Positions 27,615 to 36,784 of a DNA stretch of 64,000 nt are shown one piece after another. Numbering within the stretch: the first letter of the stretch is position 1; every line of letters starts with the position of its first letter. The position numbers and the translations under genes are program-made. The notes beneath the pieces were generated by a model. It had not been told where the DNA came from and made no database searches. It worked only from the letters and a program-made list of their open reading frames with translations. Origin of the DNA: an uncultured Thermotogaceae bacterium (GTDB lineage: Bacteria > Thermotogota > Thermotogae > Petrotogales > Kosmotogaceae); the NCBI GenBank assembly GCA_964441735.1, contig CAYTVB010000001.1:1164-65163 (forward strand). The letters are read 5' to 3'.

Positions 27615-28673
27615 ATGAAAAGAGTTACTTTAGTTTTACTGATCGTGATGGCAATGTTCTCAGGATGTTCATTAATTCTAAAGGTTCCAGAGATGGGAGA
27701 AGTAATTAATGAAGACATTGTAGTAAAATCACCTGCTCTTAAGTACTCATTACTGGACAGCCTTCATGAAATATATGTGGCAAATGAATTGTCGCCAGAA
27801 AAATGGGAAGATTATTACTCTGAGGCAGATCCTTCTGGAAAAGAGCACTATGACTGGTTAATAAAAACGTATGGTGAAATGTCTGATAGCATGAAGAAAA
27901 CACTATCTTATATTTTCGAAAGAGTGCACTTATGGAAGCTCATGAATATATCAACAGAACTAACTGATGAAGCAGATATTAATGATATAGTAAATCTTTA
28001 CAGGAGTTCATGGTTCGATCTGCCACCACTTGTAAGAATTAAATTGATACAGCTGCTTCCTGAGTTTTACAATGAACATTTCGAAGAATATTTTGATGTT
28101 AACCAAGAAATATTTACAACATTGGCTTCATCTATGACTGAAGAAGCAATCGAATATCCAAATCCCTTTGAATTCATGGAAGAACTAACAGGAATTGATC
28201 TTCCCGGTGAATACTCATGTATGTTCTACTACACCTTCAGGAAAGTCGGCGCTTTTGGTTTTACATATGGAAGTATAAAAATTTCAACATTGCAGAGAAA
28301 TGTCGATGACATCAGCAAACTTTTTTTCACACCTTTACATGAATACGGGCACGATTTCTTTCAAACCTTCACCAAAAAAAGTGATTTCAAAGAACTTGCA
28401 GAAGACCTTAAAGAAAACGACATCAGTTTTTACGAGTACTGGAAGAATGATGAAGGCTTAAAACAAAGCTACAGCTGGGCGGGTTTTTGTGAAGAGAATC
28501 TTGTTGAAGGTTTTGCCAAGTTCCTGAGAGAAGAATATTATGGAAAAACTGATCATAAAGAGAACTATTATTATGACCTTGATTTTTATGAATATCTTAA
28601 AGAAATAGAATTTAATCCTGATGAAATCAGCTTAAAAGAAGCATCTTTCAGCTTTTATGAGGAAGTTATGTGA
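27615..28673 (+). CDS. Lipoprotein with HExxH motif (putative metallopeptidase-like)
   Basis: Lipobox MFSGC. HEYGH at TPLHEYGHDFF. RBS AGGAGG. Confidence 0.55.
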   Translation: MKRVTLVLLIVMAMFSGCSLILKVPEMGEVINEDIVVKSPALKYSLLDSLHEIYVANELSPEKWEDYYSEADPSGKEHYDWLIKTYGEMSDSMKKTLSYIFERVHLWKLMNISTELTDEADINDIVNLYRSSWFDLPPLVRIKLIQLLPEFYNEHFEEYFDVNQEIFTTLASSMTEEAIEYPNPFEFMEELTGIDLPGEYSCMFYYTFRKVGAFGFTYGSIKISTLQRNVDDISKLFFTPLHEYGHDFFQTFTKKSDFKELAEDLKENDISFYEYWKNDEGLKQSYSWAGFCEENLVEGFAKFLREEYYGKTDHKENYYYDLDFYEYLKEIEFNPDEISLKEASFSFYEEVM

Positions 28674-28701
28674 ATTTGATTTGTAGAAATGGAGTATTCA
28701 T

Positions 28702-29454
28702 TTGGTAGATTTAATAAATGTTTTCATCTATTTGTTTTTTTATCATGCAATAAATATCATAATTCAAGGCACTTTAAGAAAAAGAAGTCACAACCCATAT
28801 AGAATAACTGTCTTTGTTTCGCCAATGAACATTTTTCTGATACTGTTTTTTGCATATCTCACAAATTTGAATGCTGAACAAATGGGTTTTACCCGGGGCG
28901 AACCGTTAATTGGTTTCCTGATGATTGTTATTATTCTTGTATATGTTTTTGTTTCAGTAAGAAGTATTTTAAAGGCTCCTTCACGAGAAATCAAAAAAAT
29001 ACGTTATGGATTAACTTCAAATAAGGTATATCAGTACATATATAGCTGGGTTATTGTTGGAGTAGTTGAAGAATTGTTATTTAGAGGTTATTTACAGGGA
29101 AACCTCGATAAATTTTTTAGTGGAAGTTTTTTGACTGTAAGGGTGTCAACGTTATTGGCCAGTGGTGTATTCGTTCTGGTTCATGTAGGTAATGTTTTTT
29201 CCCGATTTGAAACCTGGAAGCAGTTCATGAAACAGCTACCTTTAAGGTTTTTTGTTACGTTGTTACTTGGGTATACCTTTCAAGTAACTGGAAGTTTGAT
29301 TTATCCTATAATAATGCATAATTTAATAGATGGGCCAAGTATGACTGCGGTTATTTATAGAAAAGAGCAGATAAGACGGGATTCCGAAAAACAGAGAACA
29401 GAAATTGGAGATCCGAGATCAGAAAACCTTAAAACACGAGAAAAACAAAAGTGA
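28702..29454 (+). CDS. CPBP (CAAX/Abi) family intramembrane glutamic endopeptidase
   Basis: VEELLFRGYLQ and later HNLID motifs. Multi-TM. TTG start 6 nt after GGAG. Confidence 0.75.
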   Translation: MVDLINVFIYLFFYHAINIIIQGTLRKRSHNPYRITVFVSPMNIFLILFFAYLTNLNAEQMGFTRGEPLIGFLMIVIILVYVFVSVRSILKAPSREIKKIRYGLTSNKVYQYIYSWVIVGVVEELLFRGYLQGNLDKFFSGSFLTVRVSTLLASGVFVLVHVGNVFSRFETWKQFMKQLPLRFFVTLLLGYTFQVTGSLIYPIIMHNLIDGPSMTAVIYRKEQIRRDSEKQRTEIGDPRSENLKTREKQK

Positions 29455-29691
29455 CGAGAATCCCGAGAAAGTTCTTAAAACATTTGATATGTGTCTTGGG
29501 GAGCAGGCGGATATGCGTGTTATGAAACGTACGGATTTGCGCTTTGTGGATGAAAACCAAAACCACACCTCTAGCTAAGTTAAGCTAGGGTCCATCGAGG
29601 GTGTAATCTTTAGAATCAAAAACGAGTAGTACCAAAGAAACGAGAGTTATGGAGACCTATGTGGGTAATTATATTATAAGAGGGTGATGGC

Positions 29692-31128
29692 TTGCGAAAG
29701 GTTGTAATTTTCTTTTTAGTTGTTTTACTTATAGGTATTAATTCTTTCTCAATAAATTGGAATATAGACAGAAAAAATCACGAGTTAACTAACTATATTT
29801 TATTTGAATTAAATCCTGGGATTACTCTTGGGAATTTCAAAAATGATTTTGTTACCAAATATAATTGGGGTTGGGGTAGACCAACCAACCCTGGTGAAAA
29901 TGTATATTATATTCAGAATGAACTGAAGCCATTAATAAACGCTGTTCTCCATGCAAAACAGGCAGGATTAGAGCTCGAAGTGCATATACCATTTCAGAAT
30001 GAATATGGAGAACGACTACAAAAACCGTCGCAGTTATTTTCACTTAATGTACCTAATCTAAATGAAGTGGATATGAGTTTTCCTTACCTTGGTTATTTAA
30101 AGTATGAAAAGGATAATTGGATTATTTCCATGGGAAGATTTCCTTTAAAGTGGGGCTGGTCAAAGTATCCTCTGACAATATCTCCAACCACCTACCAGGA
30201 TAATATTACCTTTTCTGCAGGATTTTCAAATATTACTTATTATTTTCATGCGATAGCCTCATACCCTCTCCTTTCACCAGCAGAAAGAGATATTCAGGCG
30301 AATTTTTCTGATCAACATACTCCTGGCATCTATTATGATGAATCTTCAAAATACATTTTTGCTCATAGAATAGAATTTGATTTTGATAGTTTTAGTTTTG
30401 GTTTGGGAGAACTGAATGTAGTTGGAGGAAAACATCTTGATTTTATTGATGCAAATCCAGTAGTCATTTTTCATAATACCTATGGAGAAGGATATTCAAA
30501 TGTTCTGGCGTCATTTGATTTACTATATAAGCTAAACGAGAATAACTGGTTTTTTGGAGAGTTTTCAATAGATGACTATGAAGCTTCAACAGAAAAGGGC
30601 TCAGGATATAAGCCAACAGCGTATGCTTATAACCTTGGAGGAAATCTAAATTTTGATAATCTCACACTGTGGTTTGAGTATGATTATGTGAGTGAATGGA
30701 TGTACGTAACAAACTATCTTCCCTATCTCAGGGTAAATATAAGGCAATTTCATCTTAATAATGGTGGTTCAGGAAGGCTACTGGTAGATTATCCATTAGG
30801 ATTTGAATATGGGCCGGATGCAAAAATGATTTCAGCCGGAATAAACGGGAAGATTTTAGATGTTGATTACAGTGTTGTATATAACTATCTTGTAAAAGGA
30901 ACGGTTATGGATGAAGGAGAAACACGTTGGAAATGGTTCTGGGATACCTGGACGAATAATGTAGCTGAAGTTTCACCCGATCCACTGCCCAGAGGAGAAG
31001 ATGATATAGCTAATATAATTACCATAAAACTTGATTATAAGTACTTTTCAGGTATATATAAAACTGTAAATTTATCCCAACATTTTTTGGGATTATTCGG
31101 TAAGTATTCATTTGCTTTTGGAAAATGA
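29692..31128 (+). CDS. Secreted aromatic-rich protein, possible beta-barrel (Wzi-like?)
   Basis: Signal peptide. Alternating aromatic/hydrophobic pattern. MGRFPLKWGWSKYPLTIS resembles the Wzi family. The family assignment is weak. Confidence 0.5.
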   Translation: MRKVVIFFLVVLLIGINSFSINWNIDRKNHELTNYILFELNPGITLGNFKNDFVTKYNWGWGRPTNPGENVYYIQNELKPLINAVLHAKQAGLELEVHIPFQNEYGERLQKPSQLFSLNVPNLNEVDMSFPYLGYLKYEKDNWIISMGRFPLKWGWSKYPLTISPTTYQDNITFSAGFSNITYYFHAIASYPLLSPAERDIQANFSDQHTPGIYYDESSKYIFAHRIEFDFDSFSFGLGELNVVGGKHLDFIDANPVVIFHNTYGEGYSNVLASFDLLYKLNENNWFFGEFSIDDYEASTEKGSGYKPTAYAYNLGGNLNFDNLTLWFEYDYVSEWMYVTNYLPYLRVNIRQFHLNNGGSGRLLVDYPLGFEYGPDAKMISAGINGKILDVDYSVVYNYLVKGTVMDEGETRWKWFWDTWTNNVAEVSPDPLPRGEDDIANIITIKLDYKYFSGIYKTVNLSQHFLGLFGKYSFAFGK

Positions 31129-31465
31129 AAGCATGCAGTTGACGATATAAGTGTAATGCTTAAAGAAAAACAGATGCAAAAATGTAATAATTAGTAGTTA
31201 AGAACACTTGAGAAATAATTTTTGCTATTAAGAATTCATTTTTATAAGAAGCGTTGTATTATAAATATAGTGCGTAAAACCTTTAATTCTTTTATTATTT
31301 TTTCAATTTTATGAGGTCAAAAAGTGGTTTTGAACCTTTCGGTTAACGAAAAACGGTTCACGTGTTTTGAATTAATGGTCTTTCTCGTGTTTTAAAGAAT
31401 GCTCTGTCAGAGCCTTGTTGAACGAGTGCAGCGAGTGGCTATAAGTGTCAGTTTTTTGGTTTCAG

Positions 31466-31493
31466 CTAACACCTAACACCCAACATCTAACAA
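31466..31493 (+). repeat. Degenerate heptanucleotide tandem repeat x4
   Basis: CTAACAC CTAACAC CCAACAT CTAACAA, in the leader region of the VIT1 gene. Confidence 0.7.
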
Positions 31494-31589
31494 CGCTTTT
31501 ATGTTGTAAAGTTAATGGACGCTGAACGTGTTTTGATTTGTTGAAGTCTCACTCTCCGATCGTTAGAATAAAGTAGAAAGGATGATTTG

Positions 31590-32456
31590 ATGGATAAGAA
31601 AATTAAGGAAGCATTGATAATATTCCAAAAAAATGAAATAACGGAATACAACATTTATATGAAACTTTCAAAGAAACTTTCCGGAGAGAATAGAGAAATT
31701 CTTAGAAAAATTGCAGAAGACGAGAAGAAACATTACGAAAAGTGGAAGGAACATTCAGGAATTAGTGTTAAACCCAATAAACTAAAGATATTCTGGTATC
31801 TGCTGATTGCAAAGATCTTTGGTATGACCTTTGCGTTGAAAGCACTTGAAGAAAATGAGGAAAATGCACAGGAGAATTATTATAAATTTGTCACTGATCT
31901 TCCCGATGCTCAGGAGATTCTGGAAGATGAAAATGAACATGAAACACAACTGCTTAACATGCTTGATGAGGAAAAAATTAACTATATAAGCTCTATGGTG
32001 CTTGGCTTGAATGATGCACTGGTAGAATTAACAGGTGCATTAGCTGGCTTAACACTGGCATTACAGAACACAGTAATTGTAGCCCTTTCTGGTTTTATAA
32101 CTGGTGTCGCAGCAGCACTTTCAATGGGTGCTTCTGAATATCTTTCCAAGAAATCAGAAGTAAATTCGGAAAAGCATCCAGCAAAATCAGCGCTTTATAC
32201 CGGGATTACTTATCTGGTGACGGTTATTATTTTGATTTTGCCATATTTACTTATTACCAATATTTTGATAGCACTTGGCTTTACATTGATAGCTGCTGTG
32301 TTAATTATTTTAGCCTTCACGTACTTTGTTTCAGTTGTGAAAGATAGACCCTTTAAAAAGGCTTTTTTTGAGATGTTTAGCATAAGTATGGGAGTAGCAG
32401 CTGTTTCTTTTGTGATAGGGCTGGTTATCAGGGAGGTATTCAATGTTGATGTTTGA
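31590..32456 (+). CDS. Erythrin(ferritin-like)-VIT1/CCC1 family iron/manganese transporter
   Basis: N-terminal rubrerythrin-like helices (EITEYNIY, EDENEHE). C-terminal VIT1 TM domain (GLNDALVELTGALAG). ATG 31590 lies 7 nt after GAAAGGA. Confidence 0.8.
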   Translation: MDKKIKEALIIFQKNEITEYNIYMKLSKKLSGENREILRKIAEDEKKHYEKWKEHSGISVKPNKLKIFWYLLIAKIFGMTFALKALEENEENAQENYYKFVTDLPDAQEILEDENEHETQLLNMLDEEKINYISSMVLGLNDALVELTGALAGLTLALQNTVIVALSGFITGVAAALSMGASEYLSKKSEVNSEKHPAKSALYTGITYLVTVIILILPYLLITNILIALGFTLIAAVLIILAFTYFVSVVKDRPFKKAFFEMFSISMGVAAVSFVIGLVIREVFNVDV

Positions 32457-32471
32457 CCCGTGTGATTTGTT

Positions 32472-33632
32472 TTGAATTTATTTAAGAAATATCCCGAATC
32501 ATTTCTCATTTTTTTCATTTACGCAAGCAGAGCTGCAAAAAACCTGTTTAGCCAGTATTTTGATCAGGAAGGTTTTACGGCGTCTCAAATCGGTATACTG
32601 ATGGCTGTTCTTCCTGTTGTGACCTTATTTGTAAATCCTTTCTGGTTCAAAATGGGCAAGAAATTTTCTGAAAAAATGGTCTATATTTTTCTTGCTGTTT
32701 TGACGGCCTTTACAATATGGGGTGTGTTTATATTTGAGGGGTTTATTTCTAAATTAATTTTCTTTTCTGTTGCATCGGTTTTTTATGCCTCGGTTATCCC
32801 GCTGGGAGAATCTCGAATAATTACATCGCTGAAAATCAAAAAAAGACTATATGGGAGAGTTAGACTCTGGGGAACAATTGGTTTTGGAACTACAGCTGTT
32901 TTAATAGGTATGCTGGTTAAGACAGGATTTTATAGTGTTTTTCTTGTTTTTTCAGGGGTTATGCTTCTTTCTTTACCTTTTTTGAAGAACTTTTCATTCG
33001 ATGAAAAAGGAGAAAATACAGAAGATAATAACCGGGAAAAAAGTGCTGGTAAAGGAACATTTTCAATGTTTTTGTTATTAACAGCCGGAATGTTTTGTGG
33101 AGTAACTATGAACGCTTTTCACAATACATTTATTCCGTTATTGACCAGAGAAAAGGGATTTGATGTGTCTTCAGTGGGTATTGTATTTATGGCTATGGCA
33201 TTTTCTGAAATACCCTTTTTGTTTTTTGCAGATAAAATTGTAAAACGTCTTGGATATCTTCCTGTTTTAACTGCCGGTATCTTTTTCGAAGGGGTTAGAA
33301 TAATTCTGGTTACCCTGAGCAGCTCATTGATTATGTTAATCTTTTCGGAGTTTTTTCATGGAGTTACTTATATACTCGTTTATTTCTCACTTTTTACCTA
33401 CATTCACTATGAACTTCCAAAGAATCAGATTACGAAAGCACAGAGTATTTTCTGGGTAGTCAGGTCAGGACTTACATACATTACAGGTTCGCTTCTGGGT
33501 GGTTTTCTTATAGATATGATAACAACCGTCACCGCATTCCGTATGATGGGTATAATCGCTCTGTCCGTTGCAGTATTTATAACACTAATCTCATTATTTT
33601 CTCGATGGAAAAACAGAATCTATAATGATTAG
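32472..33632 (+). CDS. MFS transporter
   Basis: 386 aa with 12 predicted helices in two halves and a charged central loop. Start is uncertain (TTG, no clear RBS). Confidence 0.65.
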   Translation: MNLFKKYPESFLIFFIYASRAAKNLFSQYFDQEGFTASQIGILMAVLPVVTLFVNPFWFKMGKKFSEKMVYIFLAVLTAFTIWGVFIFEGFISKLIFFSVASVFYASVIPLGESRIITSLKIKKRLYGRVRLWGTIGFGTTAVLIGMLVKTGFYSVFLVFSGVMLLSLPFLKNFSFDEKGENTEDNNREKSAGKGTFSMFLLLTAGMFCGVTMNAFHNTFIPLLTREKGFDVSSVGIVFMAMAFSEIPFLFFADKIVKRLGYLPVLTAGIFFEGVRIILVTLSSSLIMLIFSEFFHGVTYILVYFSLFTYIHYELPKNQITKAQSIFWVVRSGLTYITGSLLGGFLIDMITTVTAFRMMGIIALSVAVFITLISLFSRWKNRIYND

Positions 33633-33635
33633 TTT

Positions 33636-35060
33636 TCATGAATACTTCTGAATATTAGCAAGTTTCGAAAAGGAATTAAGGTTACTGTAGTAAATACTTC
33701 TGTATATTTTAAAAAGTTCAAGATACCTTTCATGTCTGTAACCATCAGGAACAAATACATTTTTTATTTTTACCAGTTCATCACTCATCTCAACGATATC
33801 TTTATCCATCAATGCTGAAATGGCAAATATTGCTGTTCCAAGTAATTCGGATTCATATACATGAGGTAATTCGACTTTTTTATTCAGAACATCTGCCTTT
33901 ATTTGATTTAGGATACTGTTTGTTGCCTGTCCTCCGGTTGTTCTAATTTTAGAAATTTCACCGCCTGATTTTTCCATTCTATTCACAATATCAGCGATAG
34001 AAAAAGCTATTCCTTCCAGAATAGAAACAAGCATGCTGTTTTTATCTGTATCCAGGGTTAATCCAAAAAAAATGCCTCTGGCGTCAGGATTCCAGTGAGG
34101 ACTTCTTTCTCCACTGAGGTAAGGTAAAAAAATGATATTTGTTGGTCGATTTACATTCAGTAAATTTCCTTTCATTTCTCCTAAATCAATACCTGCTACA
34201 TTTGAACAAAACCAATCAATTGCTTTTCCGGAAGTTTTCATAATTCCGCTTAATTTCCAGTGATTTTCAGTGAAATAAGGGGTGGTCATAATGCCATCTG
34301 CTTCAACTTTTTTTGAGGAACAAAGAGTAACACCCTGAGATGTTCCACCACGATCGCACAAATAACCTGCGTTGACCGTTCCTGTACCAACAAGAGCAGC
34401 AGCAAAATCCGGAGCTCCTGAAACAACTATGGCATCTCTTGGAAAATCAAATTCTTTCGATATTTCTTTTGTAATGTTTCCAACAATTTTTCCCGTTGGC
34501 GCTAGTTCAGGAATAATAAATTTATCAGCGAGATTGAATTTTTTTAGATCATTATTGTTCCATGGAATATAACCGGAACAGTCAAAAGTCATGTTCACTA
34601 TTTTTTCAGTTAACTGATAACATATGTAATCAGCTGGTTGTAAAAGATAATGTGGTTCTTCAACTTTCTTACTCAACCAGTTTAGTTTTGCTATAACAGA
34701 AGCGAGCTGGGGATCTTTTTTTTCTTTAGTTATTTTAGTTATATCCAGGGTATGGCTGTTGTCGAGCCAGGTTATTGCTTTCTGATTGAAACCACCTTTA
34801 ATATTCATAGGTACTATTGTAGGCCCCTGACCGGATATGCTTATAGCCCTGATGTTATTTTTTTTATCCTTCGGGATTTTTTTAACAGTGCTCGCCAGTG
34901 CATTCCACCAGACCAGGGGATCTATTCTTTCGCTGCCATTCTGCCTGGTATTTACACATTTTTCTCTTTTAACTATAATCTGGTTACCCTCCAAATCAAA
35001 GAGAGCAATTTTTACATTAGTTGTTCCTATATCAATTGCTAAAACGTAATCAGACAACAC
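33636..35060 (-). CDS. FGGY-family carbohydrate kinase
   Basis: N-terminal YVLAIDIGTTNVK. Also GAPDFAAALVGTG and TTGGQATNSILNQIKADV. GTG start after AGGGAGA. Confidence 0.8.
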   Translation of the reverse strand: MLSDYVLAIDIGTTNVKIALFDLEGNQIIVKREKCVNTRQNGSERIDPLVWWNALASTVKKIPKDKKNNIRAISISGQGPTIVPMNIKGGFNQKAITWLDNSHTLDITKITKEKKDPQLASVIAKLNWLSKKVEEPHYLLQPADYICYQLTEKIVNMTFDCSGYIPWNNNDLKKFNLADKFIIPELAPTGKIVGNITKEISKEFDFPRDAIVVSGAPDFAAALVGTGTVNAGYLCDRGGTSQGVTLCSSKKVEADGIMTTPYFTENHWKLSGIMKTSGKAIDWFCSNVAGIDLGEMKGNLLNVNRPTNIIFLPYLSGERSPHWNPDARGIFFGLTLDTDKNSMLVSILEGIAFSIADIVNRMEKSGGEISKIRTTGGQATNSILNQIKADVLNKKVELPHVYESELLGTAIFAISALMDKDIVEMSDELVKIKNVFVPDGYRHERYLELFKIYRSIYYSNLNSFSKLANIQKYS

Positions 35061-35904
35061 CTTCGTCTCCCTTTCTTTTGTAGTTAATAATATCTTCGAA
35101 TTTTATGTATGTATCCAGAAATCTTTCCTTCCCCAATTCGAGAAGTTTCAAAAATAAGCTGTCAACTACCAGAAGTTGAATATAACGCGTAAGAATTCCA
35201 CCTTCCGGAATCACCTTTGTTTTCGAGTAAGTAGGAAGCTGTATATCTCCCTTTCTGAGAATTTTTGAGTTAGGTGGAGCTATACTGATAATTTTTGATC
35301 CAGCATTTGATGCATAATTCATTGAGTCAATTAAATCACTGGAAGAATGACTGCTAGAGATTGCTATGGCACAACTTTCTTTTGTCATTTGTGAAGCTGA
35401 AACACTTTGCATAAATGCATTCTCGAAAAAGTTTACTTGAAATCCCAAAAATTTCACTTTCATAAAGAGATCTCTTCCTGCAATTGAGTCAAAGCCAAAT
35501 GCCATAATATCAATAATTTTACTGTGTAAAATTAACTCACACCCTTTTCTAATACTCTCTGAAGAAATTAAAGGTAATGTATGATTTAGATTATCTGATA
35601 TATATTGAACCAGATTACGGGAAGTGTTTGAGACTTTATCGAAATCGAGTCTCATCGATTCAATTAATTCTATTTCCTGAGCGATGTTTATTTTCAGGCT
35701 ACGAAATCCATTGAAACCGAGTTTTTTACAAAAATCTACAATGGTTGAGGGAGCGGTATTTGTTTCACTGGCCAGTTCTTTTATGGTTAGATTAATAACA
35801 AGTCTTGGAAATTCCGATATGTATTTTGCTACTCGAAATTGTGCAGGTTTTAGATAGGGTAACTCATCTTTCAAGCTTTGAAAAATACTGTTCTTATCTT
35901 TCAT
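35050..35904 (-). CDS. RpiR/MurR-family transcriptional regulator (HTH + SIS)
   Basis: N-terminal HTH_6-like LKPAQFRVAKYI...TIKELASETNTAPSTIVDFCKKLGFNGF. C-terminal SIS domain. Confidence 0.8.
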   Translation of the reverse strand: MKDKNSIFQSLKDELPYLKPAQFRVAKYISEFPRLVINLTIKELASETNTAPSTIVDFCKKLGFNGFRSLKINIAQEIELIESMRLDFDKVSNTSRNLVQYISDNLNHTLPLISSESIRKGCELILHSKIIDIMAFGFDSIAGRDLFMKVKFLGFQVNFFENAFMQSVSASQMTKESCAIAISSSHSSSDLIDSMNYASNAGSKIISIAPPNSKILRKGDIQLPTYSKTKVIPEGGILTRYIQLLVVDSLFLKLLELGKERFLDTYIKFEDIINYKRKGDEGVV

Positions 35905-36784
35905 AGCTTTTTTTCCTCCGTATTGAATAAATAATCATTGCAACTAATGTTATTACGAAGGGTAACGTTAATAACAACTTTGGTGATAATTCTGTTAAAG
36001 CCTGCAATGTGTTTGAAAAAGCTGAGGCAGCTCCAAAAATAAACGAAGCGATAAATAGACCAACAGGATGTCCCTGGCTAAGTACCACTGCAACAAGAGC
36101 TATCCAGCCACGGCCATTTGTCATACCGCCAACGAAAGTCTGTAAAGGCAATGATAACGCAGCACCACCCATTCCAGCAAACAAACCACTGACCAAAAAA
36201 GCTATCATTCTGTGTTTGAATACTGAAATCCCAACACTGTGAGCAGTCTTTTCGTTTTTTCCAACAGCTCTTAGGTGATAACCATAAGGGGTTTTAAATA
36301 TCAAGTAAAAGCTTATAATTAGCAATATTATTGAAACGTAGGTTAATGCATTATAACCACTAAATATCCTTCCAAAAAAAGGTATTTCATTAATGAATGG
36401 TATTTCAATAACACTCAATTTTGGTGCATTTTGAAAATAGACAGTACCCTTTGAACCACATAGATTGTCAGATAGAAAAACAGTGATTCCCGCAGCAAAA
36501 AGATTTGTTGCAAGTCCAGCAACAAAGACATTGGCTTTGAGTTTTAGGCTTAGATAACCCATGACAAATCCCAAAAGTATCGATATGCTTACACCAGCAA
36601 GAAGGCCTATAAAAATACTCTGAGTTATGCTGGTAACATATACAGATATGAATGCGGAGATCAACATCATACCTTCGAGACCAATATTAAGCATTCCCGA
36701 TAAATTGGTGAACAATCCACCAATTGCCGCAAGTAAAATGGGTGTCATCATCGTGATTGTTGTATGAATAAATTCTTCAATCAT
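35894..36784 (-). CDS. ABC transporter permease (BMP/nucleoside-type, YufQ-like)
   Basis: Polytopic protein, in an operon with the other permease, the ATPase and the BMP binding protein. Confidence 0.75.
   Translation of the reverse strand: MIEEFIHTTITMMTPILLAAIGGLFTNLSGMLNIGLEGMMLISAFISVYVTSITQSIFIGLLAGVSISILLGFVMGYLSLKLKANVFVAGLATNLFAAGITVFLSDNLCGSKGTVYFQNAPKLSVIEIPFINEIPFFGRIFSGYNALTYVSIILLIISFYLIFKTPYGYHLRAVGKNEKTAHSVGISVFKHRMIAFLVSGLFAGMGGAALSLPLQTFVGGMTNGRGWIALVAVVLSQGHPVGLFIASFIFGAASAFSNTLQALTELSPKLLLTLPFVITLVAMIIYSIRRKKSYER

Noticed and set aside
29429-29443. 15-mer TTAAAACACGAGAAA, with its reverse complement at 31381-31395, flanks the 29692-31128 gene. It looked like the terminal inverted repeats of a mobile element.
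   Set aside because: Similarity does not extend beyond 15-16 nt when the flanks are aligned by hand. There is no target-site duplication, and the match is at chance level for this window size.
29455-29691. c-di-GMP, fluoride or ZTP riboswitch, or a tRNA-like element, in the GC-rich leader.
   Set aside because: None of the conserved cores I can recall (e.g. GGCAAAC…GACGCAAAGC for GEMM-I, or a T-loop GTTCRANYC) is present. I retained it only as an unclassified structured-RNA candidate.
31550-31561. CACTCTCCGATC plus similar flanks, shared with 41236-41247.
   Set aside because: About 19 of 21 matching positions is within chance expectation for all pairs in the window. The second copy is simply the reverse complement of an RBS and gene-end region.
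31129-31589. yybP-ykoY (Mn) riboswitch upstream of the VIT1-family gene.
   Set aside because: The conserved GGGGAGUAG-type core I remember for that class is absent from this spacer.
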